Shown here: positions 51,787 through 62,677 of the stretch, piece by piece
Position numbering within the stretch: position 1 is the stretch's first letter
Layout: each line of letters begins with the position of its first letter
Origin: Promethearchaeia archaeon
Lineage (GTDB): Archaea; Asgardarchaeota; Lokiarchaeia; Sigyniarchaeales; SOKP01
Reading direction: 5' to 3'
Assembly (NCBI GenBank): GCA_029856105.1
Contig: JAHQWH010000002.1
Location: 1 to 64,000, forward strand
DNA length: 64,000 bases
Notes under the pieces: generated by a model
Databases searched by the model: none
What the model saw: the letters and a program-made list of their open reading frames with translations, nothing else
Told to the model about the DNA's origin: nothing
Made by a program: the position numbers and the translations under genes

Positions 51787-52401
51787 ATGGAAAAACTAAA
51801 GATAAATATCCTTAAAATATTGAATTTTATACCACGTCCGTTTTACGGACTGTTATCAGCAATAGTAGGTATAGCTGGAGATATCATAGCTATATCGCTT
51901 TCTCCTTATTTTAATTTAAGCTACATGATAAGTGATTTAGGAACGGGTCCTGGCGCAATATATTTCAACATCGGGGCCTTTTTATCTGGTATTTTTGCAT
52001 TATTGACGTATTTACACATAGTAGAAATTCTTGAGAAGGAAAAGATCAACCATCCAAAAGTACTCAGAATCGGAAAAGTGTTTGCGATTAATTCGTGCGT
52101 TTTTTTTGCTTTAATCGGTGTTATTCCTTCGGTTAGAAGTAATATAATACTTTTTGCTATTCACGGAGCGGTTGCTTTAATTAGTTTACTAAGTGGAGTT
52201 ATTTATTTAAGCGCTTTTAGCTATCTTTTCTTTAAAAGTGAGAAGTTTTCAGGGTTTGTTGGGTATCTACCTTTAATAGCAGTAAGCTGTATTCTCCCAT
52301 TTTTGTTCTCATGGCATCCAATAACAGAGTGGATTTTGACGTTTGGCATTACATTCTGGATTGTTGCTATTTCAATTTACATGCTTTATCAAAAAATGTA
52401 A
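51787..52401 (+). CDS. DUF998 / Frag1-DRAM-Sfk1-like membrane protein
   Basis: ISDLG, FN.G, H..A, EW motifs; ~6 TM. Confidence 0.7.
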   Translation: MEKLKINILKILNFIPRPFYGLLSAIVGIAGDIIAISLSPYFNLSYMISDLGTGPGAIYFNIGAFLSGIFALLTYLHIVEILEKEKINHPKVLRIGKVFAINSCVFFALIGVIPSVRSNIILFAIHGAVALISLLSGVIYLSAFSYLFFKSEKFSGFVGYLPLIAVSCILPFLFSWHPITEWILTFGITFWIVAISIYMLYQKM

Positions 52402-52478
52402 TTCTTTTTCTCAAGACTACTTTTTCTCTTTTTAATTTTTAAAATAGTATTAAAACGATATTTAATAATTTTAAGTTA

Positions 52479-53414
52479 ATGCCCGAATTAATTGGATACA
52501 TTTTAACGCTCGATGCGTTATTGACTTGGGGAATTGCATCTTTAGTATATAAATATGGATTAGGAAAAACAAAGCCGAAAGCGACTTTATTTTTCAGAAT
52601 TTTAATTGTTACACTTGGTACGTTTATTTTCGCGCTAATTTTTGGAGATTTCTCCTTTTTTGCATCGTTTACATCGCAAGAACTTGTTGGTTTTTTAATT
52701 GTAAGTATATTATCAGGTGTTTCCGTGACAATCGGAGATTTATTCTACTTTAAAGCGCTCAAAAAGATTGATGCTTCGCGAGCTTATCCACTAACACAAC
52801 TATCTTTAGTCTTCGTATATCCTTTAGCTTTCATATTCTTCGGTGAGCAAGTTACGGTGTCAATTCTTATTGGAGGGGCTTTTATTCTATTAAGCGTCTT
52901 CATTTTAACCACCAAAGACAAACCTAACAGAGACATAAGTAATAGCGATGTTATTCAAAAAGCCAATAAAAATTTAATCGTTGGAGTTTTATTGTCAATT
53001 GGAACCGCCCTTTTATGGGCAATATCTTATGTTTCATTTAATCAAGCACGAATTATTTCAAATGAGGTATTTGCCTCAAATTTCCTAAGAATAGCACTTG
53101 CTTCAATATTTGTTGCGACTTTAGGATTTTTTAAGCGCGATTATTATGAGGCCTTCAAGAAAGAAAATAGACCGATTTTGAGATATTATCTTTACATCGG
53201 AATCGCAGGTGCTTTATCATTAGGTTTAGCAGATTCATTTTTTATAATGGCAGCAGAAGTTAACGGGCTAATATTGACCGCAACAATTACTGCAAATACG
53301 CCGATGGTCCAACAAATCTTATCAATTCTAATTTTAAAAGAGAAATTCCGAAAACGATTTCTAATTGCAGTTTTATTATTGATTTTAGGTAATTACATAA
53401 TTTTATTTTTTTAA
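52479..53414 (+). CDS. EamA/DMT family transporter
   Basis: 10 TM in two repeats; YFKALK.IDASRA, FFGE, LKEK. Confidence 0.9.
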   Translation: MPELIGYILTLDALLTWGIASLVYKYGLGKTKPKATLFFRILIVTLGTFIFALIFGDFSFFASFTSQELVGFLIVSILSGVSVTIGDLFYFKALKKIDASRAYPLTQLSLVFVYPLAFIFFGEQVTVSILIGGAFILLSVFILTTKDKPNRDISNSDVIQKANKNLIVGVLLSIGTALLWAISYVSFNQARIISNEVFASNFLRIALASIFVATLGFFKRDYYEAFKKENRPILRYYLYIGIAGALSLGLADSFFIMAAEVNGLILTATITANTPMVQQILSILILKEKFRKRFLIAVLLLILGNYIILFF

Positions 53415-53436
53415 CAACATATTAGTTCTTGATATT

Positions 53437-54459
53437 ATGATTCAAGTAGAAATTATTTTATTAACCAACAATATTGTTTTACCTTTTCAGCAACTCAAAC
53501 AAGATTATCAATTGGATTTTATCGAACTAAATAAATTATTTGCTACTAAATCTTTAGCGGAACACGGGTTAGGATTTTTGATAAATGTTTACGAAGTTCA
53601 AGATTCTAATAATTTTACTAACTTAAAATTATTAAAAAAAATAATTTTTGATACTGGGGGACCAAACTTAACCTTTATACACAATTCAGATTTAAGGGGG
53701 TACCAATTTTACAATACTGATATTTTAATATTATCACATTGGCATTATGATCATAGTGGTGGATTACTAAAAATATTAGAAAGAATAGAAAAAGAAGTAC
53801 CCGTTATTTGCCATGAGAGTGCTACTTTCGAAAGGTTTTTCAGACGAGAGAGGAATTTAAAAATTGAAGATTTAGAAGGAAAGTCAAGAGAAGAAATTCT
53901 ACCTTTACTCTCGTCTTCAAAGATTGTCAATCAAGAACCCATAGATTTAAAAAAAATAAAGACTCTAAATGGACAGGTCCAGTTCACGAGAGATATTTAC
54001 GAAATCCTAAATCTTGATGGACTCAAAATTACCGTAAGCGGAGAGATTCCAAGAATTCATATTGAAGAAGATTTCAATAACTTCTTTTCACTTCAAGAAA
54101 ACATTCTTAGGATTGATAATATTTTAGATGATAAATTTATGATGATTGAGTTTGATGAAAACATCGTCTTATTAAATGGTTGTTGTCATTCAGGCTTAAT
54201 GAATACTTTAGATTATATAAAAAATTATTCAGATAAACCTATCAGTCATATAATAGGTGGATTTCACATGGCAAGGGCATCTGAAAAAAGGATAAGAGCT
54301 ACGATAGACTACTTAAACACATTGGATCTATTTAATAATACATTGTATCTATTTCCCATTCATTGCAGCGGTGAAAGATTTATTAAAATGGTTAATGATA
54401 TTAGTAGTAGTGGAATTAAGGCGTTTAACACAAGTGTAGGGACAACCTTCAATTTTTAA
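53437..54459 (+). CDS. Metallo-beta-lactamase-fold protein (MJ0301/MJ0448-like)
   Basis: AEHGLG, FDTG, LSHWHYDHSGG, DD, GCCHSG, IGGFH, HCSG. Confidence 0.85.
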   Translation: MIQVEIILLTNNIVLPFQQLKQDYQLDFIELNKLFATKSLAEHGLGFLINVYEVQDSNNFTNLKLLKKIIFDTGGPNLTFIHNSDLRGYQFYNTDILILSHWHYDHSGGLLKILERIEKEVPVICHESATFERFFRRERNLKIEDLEGKSREEILPLLSSSKIVNQEPIDLKKIKTLNGQVQFTRDIYEILNLDGLKITVSGEIPRIHIEEDFNNFFSLQENILRIDNILDDKFMMIEFDENIVLLNGCCHSGLMNTLDYIKNYSDKPISHIIGGFHMARASEKRIRATIDYLNTLDLFNNTLYLFPIHCSGERFIKMVNDISSSGIKAFNTSVGTTFNF

Positions 54460-54595
54460 TAAGAGTATATTTCTAAATTACTTCACAGATTTGTAAATTT
54501 GAAATAGAAAATTAACGCTTTTCTTAAAATCCACAAAATTAAAAAGTTATTTAATATTTTCTCAAATTATATAAATTCTACTAATATTCTATACA

Positions 54596-55129
54596 ATGAT
54601 TAAGTTAAAAGAAGGCATAACAATTAATCCACGATCGATTGCTTTTGTTGCAGTTATGAGCGTTTATATCATATTAGCATTTTTTGATTTTTTAAATCTT
54701 GTGTCAATGATAGGAATTTTTGTTTTTTTATCATTTTTCAGTTCTTCACTAGTAACAATAATTTATTATACCTTTTTAAGAAGCATTGGTATTGCAGAAA
54801 AAGTTGTAAATACTTTTTATTCAATTGTCGTAATTATGTTTTCTCTAAATTCAATACCTCATATAATGGAAAGTTCTATTTGTAATCTAGAAGTAATAGG
54901 TGATTTAGTAGCACTTACTTTATTAATTATAGGCTGTCCATATATCGTGTTTGCATTGATTAATACCGGTTTTCCAATTTGGTATCGTAAGTTCAATATT
55001 TTCGTTGGTAGTATTACATTACTCATTTCATTAATTTCTCTCGCTGCTCCTATATTCGGATATGTGTCTCTTGCTATTTTATTATGTTTAATTAATATAA
55101 TGAATAAAGTCTTAGAAGGAACCTTTTAA
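54596..55129 (+). CDS. Membrane protein, unknown function
   Basis: About 6 TM; C-terminal half resembles the next gene. Confidence 0.55.
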   Translation: MIKLKEGITINPRSIAFVAVMSVYIILAFFDFLNLVSMIGIFVFLSFFSSSLVTIIYYTFLRSIGIAEKVVNTFYSIVVIMFSLNSIPHIMESSICNLEVIGDLVALTLLIIGCPYIVFALINTGFPIWYRKFNIFVGSITLLISLISLAAPIFGYVSLAILLCLINIMNKVLEGTF

Positions 55130-55258
55130 TTAAATTAGATATTTTGATTAAGCGTTATCGATAAGATTTTTAATCTTTTTCAAAGAATCAGTAATTAAAC
55201 AATAAAAGTTATAAAGTTAGGTATCAAAATAAATCATAAAAACACGGATGATGGTATT

Positions 55259-55903
55259 ATGAGTATTCGGTCTTTAATGAATAAAGAGAAATTAATAGTT
55301 GACGATATTATCTCTGTTGTCCTGATAGGATTATTTGGATTTTTAGTTATGTTTTTTGTATTAATTGCAATTATGGCAATTACAGTATATCCTATGTCTA
55401 CATTGTTATTATATGGAATATATAAAATACATAAAGATATAATTAATAAGGAATTGAATGCTACACGTAAGGTAGTAGGTTTACTATTAGGAATAGGGTA
55501 TATTTCTTTTGCGATACTTATTTTAAGCATAATTTTTTCACAACCTCATATACCTGTGAGTTTTATTATTTATTTCTTAGCTATGCCAATATTTCTTATA
55601 GGCCTTGCGGGATTTTTAAAAGGGTTTATTATTACAGTATATTCTCCTCTTTTTCGAAGATTAAACATGCTAATGGGAGCAAGTACCATTATATTGACTA
55701 TTATATCTATTACATTTGCTGAATCAGGTTTTATATATTTTCTTTTTTCTTTTTTAATAGTGCTAATTCTTAATGGTATTTTAAGATCGGCATTATATCT
55801 GAGCGAATTTGGATTAACCCTAAACAGAATTAGAAATTTAAAACTTGTCTTTCTTATTATGAATTCCATTGATATGAAAAATCCAGAGATTAATCAATTT
55901 TAA
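55259..55903 (+). CDS. Membrane protein, unknown function (probable paralog of 54596-55129)
   Basis: YSPLFRRLNMLMGASTIIL vs FPIWYRKFNIFVGSITLLI. Confidence 0.55.
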   Translation: MSIRSLMNKEKLIVDDIISVVLIGLFGFLVMFFVLIAIMAITVYPMSTLLLYGIYKIHKDIINKELNATRKVVGLLLGIGYISFAILILSIIFSQPHIPVSFIIYFLAMPIFLIGLAGFLKGFIITVYSPLFRRLNMLMGASTIILTIISITFAESGFIYFLFSFLIVLILNGILRSALYLSEFGLTLNRIRNLKLVFLIMNSIDMKNPEINQF

Positions 55904-56039
55904 TATTATCATAATATATGTTAAATTTTAATGCTTATACTGAATGATTTAGTAATAAAAAATATTAAATCATAATCTTTCATTAATATTTATTATAAAA
56001 ATTTAATATTATCAATAATTCAAGATTTTTGATTTAAAT

Positions 56040-57161
56040 ATGTCTGAAATCCACTTTAATAAAGAAAAAGGTTCTCAAATAAAATTATTCACACCTGGAC
56101 CCGTTTACATTCCAGAAAGAATATTAACTGAAATGTCAAAGCCCAACGACACGCATAGGTCTAATCCTTATGCAGAAATGCATCAACTTGTAGAAGAAGG
56201 GCTTAAAAAGCTTTTATACACCTCCAATAATTGCTTGATCTCTACATCGAGCGCCACTGGACTAATGGAAGCTTGTGTAAGAAATTTAGTTAAAAAAGAC
56301 GAGAAGGCTCTATTTTTTTCGATTGGAGCATTTGGAGATCGTTGGTACAAAATTGGAGTTACTAATGGGAAGGTCTCAGTAAAAGAGGGCGTTGAATGGG
56401 GTAAACCAATAACACCCGAATTTGCCCAAGAAGCATTGAATAAAGATAAATATGCTGTAGTTTTTATCCAATCAAATGAAACTTCCACAGGAGTTTATAA
56501 CCCAATTAATGAAGTAATTCCTGTTATTAAAGATTTTGGCGCTTTAGTGTGCGTTGACGCAACATCATCAATGGCGGGAATTAAAGTTGAGGTTGATAAA
56601 TTAGGGATCGATGTGTGTTTAGCCTCAGTTCAAAAGTGTTTTACATTACCGCCAGGGCTGGCAGTATGTTCAATATCCGAAGCAGCAATCGAAAAGACTT
56701 CTCAGGTTAAAAACAGAGGGCTTTACTTTGACTTTCTTGATTTAGTCAAAAGATCTGAAAAACATCAAACGCCAGCAACGCCACCAATACCGCAAATTAG
56801 AGCTTTAGCGGCTCAGTTGGATTATATCCTGAATCACGAGGGATTAGAAAAAAGGTTTGAAAGACATGAACGATTAGGGAAACGAACGAGAATGTGGGCA
56901 CGAGATATTAATTTTGAGATGTTTCCAGAGAAAGGATACGAATCAAATACAGTTTCTACTATGGATAATTCGTTGAATATCGACATTGGGAAGATGGTGG
57001 GCCTACTACTTGAAAAAGGATATCGTATTGTTAACGGCTATGGAGATTTGAAAAATAAGACCTTCCGGATTGGCCATATGGGTGAAGTGACAGTAAAAGA
57101 TCTCGAAAATATGTTAAAGATCTTGACAGATATCGTTTCTGATTTAAGATTGAACCAGTGA
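56040..57161 (+). CDS. Class-V PLP aminotransferase (serine-pyruvate / phosphoserine aminotransferase-like)
   Basis: LFTPGP, NETSTG, VDATSS, SVQKCF.LPPG, FRIGHMG. Confidence 0.9.
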   Translation: MSEIHFNKEKGSQIKLFTPGPVYIPERILTEMSKPNDTHRSNPYAEMHQLVEEGLKKLLYTSNNCLISTSSATGLMEACVRNLVKKDEKALFFSIGAFGDRWYKIGVTNGKVSVKEGVEWGKPITPEFAQEALNKDKYAVVFIQSNETSTGVYNPINEVIPVIKDFGALVCVDATSSMAGIKVEVDKLGIDVCLASVQKCFTLPPGLAVCSISEAAIEKTSQVKNRGLYFDFLDLVKRSEKHQTPATPPIPQIRALAAQLDYILNHEGLEKRFERHERLGKRTRMWARDINFEMFPEKGYESNTVSTMDNSLNIDIGKMVGLLLEKGYRIVNGYGDLKNKTFRIGHMGEVTVKDLENMLKILTDIVSDLRLNQ

Positions 57162-57203
57162 AATTATTAAATCTAATCTTTTATTTTCTTTTATTGAATT
57201 CTA

Positions 57204-57470
57204 ATGGATAAAGAAAAGAGCGAGAGCAAAAGTAAAAGAGGAAAGAACAAAAAAATGGAAAGCAAAAAAGAATTTAAAACTCTTATCTTTGAAATAGTAA
57301 TTATTGAAGTTATATTGATTCCTTTTTTCATTATATTCTTGTTACTTTGGTTGTCAAGTATGTTGTTTCTTTTCTTTTTTATTTCTTTAGGAACTTTGAT
57401 ACTTTTCAGTGTATTAGGCATACTTCTGATTACGAATAAGATTTCGATTATTAAGTCAAAATCGAGATAG
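57204..57470 (+). CDS. Small 2-TM membrane protein
   Basis: Basic N-terminus followed by two hydrophobic helices; co-oriented with neighbours. Confidence 0.4.
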   Translation: MDKEKSESKSKRGKNKKMESKKEFKTLIFEIVIIEVILIPFFIIFLLLWLSSMLFLFFFISLGTLILFSVLGILLITNKISIIKSKSR

Positions 57471-57587
57471 AATATCGAACGGTACAATAAATTACGATAT
57501 TTATAGGGATATAATTAGATCAAGCAAAAATTCTTTTAAACATTAGTTTACTAAAAATATTATCCATTTATTTAAAATTATTAAAAA

Positions 57588-58529
57588 TTGATGTTTATGA
57601 AAATTTTAATTAGCGACAAACTTCAAGAAGAAGGAGTGAAAATTTTTCAAGAAAACGGTTTTGAAGTAGTGAAAAACTTTAAAATAACTAACGATGAACT
57701 AAAAGAAGAGATTGGAAATTACGACGGAATCGTTATACGTTCTCGAACCAAACTAACAGCAGAGGTATTAGAAAGAGCGAAAAGCCTTAAGGTTATTGGA
57801 AGGGCTGGAGTAGGCTTGGATAACGTCGATAAGAAAAAAGCAGCGGAGTTAAACATTGAAGTATTAAACACACCAGAAGCGCCATCAGTTTCAGTAGCAG
57901 AATTGGCCCTTGGATTAATGTTTACGTTAGCTAGACATATCTCAAACGCGGATCGAACGATGCATTGTGGAGAATGGAATAAAAGCCAGTATTTGGGCTA
58001 CACTTTGAAAGGTAAGAAATTAGGTTTAATCGGATTTGGAAACATAGCTAAACAACTAGCGAAGAAAGCCTTGGCGTTAGAAATGGAAGTTGGCGTTTAT
58101 TCTAGATTTAGTAAAGGTCCTAAAGCAATAGAAGAAGCCAAAAACATAGGATGCAAATTATATTCTTCTATTGGCGAATTACTCCAAGATGCTCAAATTA
58201 TATCTTTACATCTCCCTGCTACACCTCAAACAGAAAATACTATCAATGAAACAAACCTTAAATTAATGAAAAAAAACTCTATCGTAATTAATACCGCTAG
58301 AGGAAGTCTCATTGACGAAAAAGCTTTATTAAAAGCCTTAGCAAACGAAGAGATTGGTGGAGCTGCGTTAGATGTTTACAGGAAAGAACCGTTGAAAGAT
58401 ATGGAGTTATGTAATTTCAAAGGGAATTTAATTCTTACGCCTCATATAGGAGCTCAGACCATAGAAACACAAGTACACGCAGCTACTAAAATCGCCGAAA
58501 AAATGTCAGATTTCTTAAAAAAATTATGA
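57588..58529 (+). CDS. serA: D-3-phosphoglycerate dehydrogenase (short form)
   Basis: RSRTK, RAGVGLDNVD, GFGNI, NTARG, ALDV..EP, TPHIGAQT. Confidence 0.88.
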   Translation: MMFMKILISDKLQEEGVKIFQENGFEVVKNFKITNDELKEEIGNYDGIVIRSRTKLTAEVLERAKSLKVIGRAGVGLDNVDKKKAAELNIEVLNTPEAPSVSVAELALGLMFTLARHISNADRTMHCGEWNKSQYLGYTLKGKKLGLIGFGNIAKQLAKKALALEMEVGVYSRFSKGPKAIEEAKNIGCKLYSSIGELLQDAQIISLHLPATPQTENTINETNLKLMKKNSIVINTARGSLIDEKALLKALANEEIGGAALDVYRKEPLKDMELCNFKGNLILTPHIGAQTIETQVHAATKIAEKMSDFLKKL

Positions 58530-58585
58530 AATAATCAGATTTAGATGTTTCTAAATTAATTAAAAAACAATTTTTTTCGAATGAT

Positions 58586-60634
58586 TTAAATTTTGGAAAT
58601 TTTCACGACTGTAGAAAAGTATGCTCCTGAATTTTCTGATTCTTCAGGTTTATCTGGAGTAAAGATATTAACGTTCTCATATTCATTATTAACAAAAGGC
58701 GCCCCAGAATAAATTAAAGCTGTGCCCGATTTTAAAGCGATATTTTGATCTAAGATATATCTCGCTTTAGCAAACTTGTTAGAAACTAGTACTTCTTGTG
58801 GCGGCTTTATTCCGAGTGATTCAATATCAATAGGATTTAAGAATATTTTACTAAAGATTTTCCTGTAGTCTTCATGAATTTCACCGAATTGGGAGTGTAT
58901 AAAATATTTATGAGATGGCGAGAGTAAATAAAATTCATTCTTACCTCGCCGTAGCAAAACATCTAATTCTTGGTCAAATAAACTAATATGGGAGTTGTGG
59001 ATTTGAATTTTACCATTAGAGGTTGGAAAGTTTAAATCGTTAAAAGGGATATCATTAGTTCCGAACGGAATGTGGTACCCATTGTCTCTTAGATTTTGTT
59101 GAATCTCCTCTGGTAGTAATCTAACACATTGTTCAACTATTTCTTCTTGACTTTCTTGAAGAAAATTATCATCAGTCCATCCAATTCTTTTAGCTAATAA
59201 TTGAAAAAACTCATAATTCGATAAACAATCTGAATATGGACAAGGACCGCCTTGAATTATAGATATACCGGGAATAAAATAAGGCGTGATTAAATCATCA
59301 CATTCTAGGTCAAATTTTGCGGGGATAACAATATCTGCAAACTTGATCGTCTCGTTTAAAAACATGTCTAATACTACTATATACAAATCGTCCCGGGATA
59401 ATGATTTTCTAAGAACGTTCTGGTTAGGGAGAGAACTAGCTGGATTAAAATTATAGACAAATAACATTTTGAAATTATTTGAGCTTAAGGAAGTTCCGAG
59501 ATTTACAAGCGGAATAGTATCGTATGGTACATATGTTTTTGGTATAGTAATATAATCAATAAGTGGTTTCAGAAATTCTTTATTAAAGTCACTCTGAGAA
59601 AATAAAAAGCCTGTTCCTGGTTTGCCAAAATTCCCAAGTAGGATTTGAATTAGAGCTATTGTATTTAGAAGTTTTCCACCATAAAAATACTTCTGGGGGC
59701 CAAATCCTACGATAAAAAGAGTTTTATGGTTATATTTAAGGAGTAGGGTTATGAATTCTTGCAGAGTTTTACGATCTAAACCTGTTTGACGATATATTTT
59801 ATTTTCATCAATTTTTTCAACTTCTGTAAAAAGGTTCTTGTAGTTGTCAACATGTTGATCGATAAAATCTTTATCGTATTTTTCAGATGTTATAATTTTA
59901 TTCGAAATTAATTTGACTATAAGATGATCGGTACCAGGGAAAGGTTGTACAAACATATTAGCATCTTTTACTAATTGAGTCTTAATCGGATTCACTACAA
60001 CAACAACTGAGCCATTTTTAATTGCTTTTTTAACCAAGAAATAGGCGTGATTATTTCGATCGGATAGATTACTTCCCCACACGACAATTAAGCGATTATT
60101 GGGATTAACTATTTGGAACGTATTCGTAGTAGAATATGTACCAAACAATTCTTCTAAAGCCGTACATCCTGCTTCGTTACATATGCCTTTATTTGTAATT
60201 GTAGCACCAAGATTACCGAGGAATCTAATAGGGGCGTATTTTGAGATTAAACCGTTGTTCCCTGCATAGTAAGCCGCAACGATAGATGAAGGGTTAAATT
60301 CATTCTTGACTTGTAGTAATTTTTCAGCAATAAGTTTTAATGCATTTTTAAGAGTAGTCGATTTAAAGGAATTACTACCTTTAGGACCCGTCCGAATTAA
60401 TGCGGTTTTTATTCTTTGAGGATGGTATAGTAACTTTTCTCTCTGATTTAATTTCGCACAAAAGAATCCATTGGTGAAAGGGTGGTCTTTTAAAGGTTTT
60501 GCAAATAAGAGTTTCCTCTCAGGAGCTTGGTCGTTCCATTCTCCCATAAATACACATGAACCGTAGCAATCTTTGGAGCAAGTTCCATATCTTTTTGTAT
60601 GCTCTATCTTTTTACCCAATCTTCTAAACTCCAA
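58586..60634 (-). CDS. Molybdopterin-dependent oxidoreductase
   Basis: CSKDCYGSC, HPFTNGFFCAK, VWGSN, PGTD, ADIVIPA, TSNGKI. Confidence 0.85.
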   Translation of the reverse strand: MEFRRLGKKIEHTKRYGTCSKDCYGSCVFMGEWNDQAPERKLLFAKPLKDHPFTNGFFCAKLNQREKLLYHPQRIKTALIRTGPKGSNSFKSTTLKNALKLIAEKLLQVKNEFNPSSIVAAYYAGNNGLISKYAPIRFLGNLGATITNKGICNEAGCTALEELFGTYSTTNTFQIVNPNNRLIVVWGSNLSDRNNHAYFLVKKAIKNGSVVVVVNPIKTQLVKDANMFVQPFPGTDHLIVKLISNKIITSEKYDKDFIDQHVDNYKNLFTEVEKIDENKIYRQTGLDRKTLQEFITLLLKYNHKTLFIVGFGPQKYFYGGKLLNTIALIQILLGNFGKPGTGFLFSQSDFNKEFLKPLIDYITIPKTYVPYDTIPLVNLGTSLSSNNFKMLFVYNFNPASSLPNQNVLRKSLSRDDLYIVVLDMFLNETIKFADIVIPAKFDLECDDLITPYFIPGISIIQGGPCPYSDCLSNYEFFQLLAKRIGWTDDNFLQESQEEIVEQCVRLLPEEIQQNLRDNGYHIPFGTNDIPFNDLNFPTSNGKIQIHNSHISLFDQELDVLLRRGKNEFYLLSPSHKYFIHSQFGEIHEDYRKIFSKIFLNPIDIESLGIKPPQEVLVSNKFAKARYILDQNIALKSGTALIYSGAPFVNNEYENVNIFTPDKPEESENSGAYFSTVVKISKI

Positions 60635-60649
60635 ATTTAAATGATACTT

Positions 60650-61852
60650 CTATTTTTCAGCCAAATCGTGAAGAACTAACCCAGACAGAAGCTTAGGATC
60701 AAACCACGTAGATTTCGGTGGCATCACACCCCCTGCATCAGAAATAGCCTCCAAATCCCTTATGTCTACGGGATATAGGTTGAAAAATACATCATTTCCT
60801 TTTTCTGACACGTATTTTTCCATGTTGTTTGGATCTTGAATACCTCCTACAAAAAAGATGTTTTCGTCGGCGCGAATGTCGTAAATTCCTAGAATAGGGC
60901 CTAAAACTTTATCTTGAAGTATAGCAACGTCTAAGCTATCTCGTTTTGAGCTAAACCTTTTTTCTTTTACTATTAAATTGTACCATTTTCCTTTGATACA
61001 CATGGCGAGTTGATGTTTTTTTTTCGGATTAAAGGCTTTTTTAACTTGTTTGACCTTATAAATTTCTTCCATTTTTTTTAAAAAATCGTCTACATTATCT
61101 GACAGCCTTTTTATGACCCGATTGTAAGGCAAGATCAAAATCTGGTCGTCTGAAGCAACATAAGACAATAAATATTGCCACGAAGCATTGGATTTATCAG
61201 CTTCAGCGGCTTTTCTCAACTGAGTTTTTCTGTATTCAGCAGCGCTCGCTGCGCGGTGATGTCCATCTGCTATGTAGACTTTTTTATCTTTAAAGAGATT
61301 TGATAATTGATTAATAATATTTGGGTCTGTATCTTGCCAGATTAAGTGGCGATAACCGTATTTTTCAAAGTCAAATTTGGGTTTTTTTTGTTTGATTTGC
61401 TCTATTAATTTATTTATCTCACGATCGGCTCGAAAAACTGACCAAACGAGACCAGCTGCGACATTAGTCGCTACAATATGTTTAGTTCGGTCTAAAAGAG
61501 GTTTTTCGCGAGTATGTTCGTGCTTTACTATATTGCCATCTTCGTAATCTTGAAGTGCGATTCCCATAATTAACCCTTGTTGGCTAAATTGAGAGGACTC
61601 TTGGCGATAAACATATATGCTTGGAGTTTCCTCGTGTAAAATAAGGTTAGTAGTTTTAAATTTTTCATAAGCCATCGAAGCATTGTTATAAATTTCCTCG
61701 CCTTCACCATCGGGTAGTATAAGTTGAATTAACGAATTGGGGTTCTTTTTCAATTGATATTCTTCTTCTTTTCCAATAACATCGTACGGATTCGTACTAA
61801 ATTCGCTTGGGTTAATTGGATTATAGGGTCGTAGAGCTGAGATTCTAACCAT
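60650..61852 (-). CDS. DUF1015 family protein
   Basis: PYDVI, KHEHT, YIADGHHR, MPPKSTWFDPKL.SGL. Confidence 0.92.
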   Translation of the reverse strand: MVRISALRPYNPINPSEFSTNPYDVIGKEEEYQLKKNPNSLIQLILPDGEGEEIYNNASMAYEKFKTTNLILHEETPSIYVYRQESSQFSQQGLIMGIALQDYEDGNIVKHEHTREKPLLDRTKHIVATNVAAGLVWSVFRADREINKLIEQIKQKKPKFDFEKYGYRHLIWQDTDPNIINQLSNLFKDKKVYIADGHHRAASAAEYRKTQLRKAAEADKSNASWQYLLSYVASDDQILILPYNRVIKRLSDNVDDFLKKMEEIYKVKQVKKAFNPKKKHQLAMCIKGKWYNLIVKEKRFSSKRDSLDVAILQDKVLGPILGIYDIRADENIFFVGGIQDPNNMEKYVSEKGNDVFFNLYPVDIRDLEAISDAGGVMPPKSTWFDPKLLSGLVLHDLAEK

Positions 61853-61906
61853 AATATGATTTAAAAGTAATTAAATTTTAAATTAGTTTCCATTATTTTA
61901 TAGAGA

Positions 61907-62353
61907 TTAAATCATAAAACCTTCAATTCGAAGTAAACTTCTTTTAAGATTAATTTGCCAATCTTCATCCATTTTTCCCATGAAACCTCCTATTTTTCCA
62001 TCCTTTTTTATAACTCGATGACATGGAATAATCAGAGGCAGCGGGTTATTTCTTAGAACGCTTCCTACGGCTCTATACGCTTTTGAATTTACCTTTTTTG
62101 CTAGATCAGAGTAAGTGGTCGATTCACCGGGTCTAATTTTTATAAGAGAGTTTATTACTTTTTGGGAAAAATCCGTTTTAAACTTATTTTTAAGATCTAA
62201 CAAGACATTAATACTTTTCATCTCCTCGAATAAATCTATTTTGGTACCCGTTAGATAATCGTTAATCGCATTTTCCAACTGAAGCAGTATACTACGTTCT
62301 TTAGCATCTTTATGATTAGATATTTCAAATTTGTTTATTTTAATATACTCCAA
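61907..62353 (-). CDS. ogt: Methylated-DNA-protein-cysteine methyltransferase
   Basis: YRAVG...NPLPLIIPCHRV; the frame stays open 44 codons upstream (to 62485). Confidence 0.9.
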   Translation of the reverse strand: MEYIKINKFEISNHKDAKERSILLQLENAINDYLTGTKIDLFEEMKSINVLLDLKNKFKTDFSQKVINSLIKIRPGESTTYSDLAKKVNSKAYRAVGSVLRNNPLPLIIPCHRVIKKDGKIGGFMGKMDEDWQINLKRSLLRIEGFMI

Positions 62354-62677
62354 TATATCCGATTCGCTTTTAAAAAAGTTGATCTCAGTTAAGTTGATTT
62401 TTTTCTGGTTCTTTAGATAATCATAAGATACGATTATAAACGGTTCAATAATATTCGGTTTAAAATAAAATACAGAAATTTCAACTTACCTCCACATCTT
62501 TAAATATCACAATTTCAGTACTAGGCACAATATATATATCAATTCGATAAATATATAAATTGAATCTATTATCTCAATATTAATATTATTGGTCTTAATA
62601 GATAAATAATAAATATAGTTTATAATTATCAAAAAAATTAAACTATACTTACAATTAAAGAATCGAGTAAATAAAAT

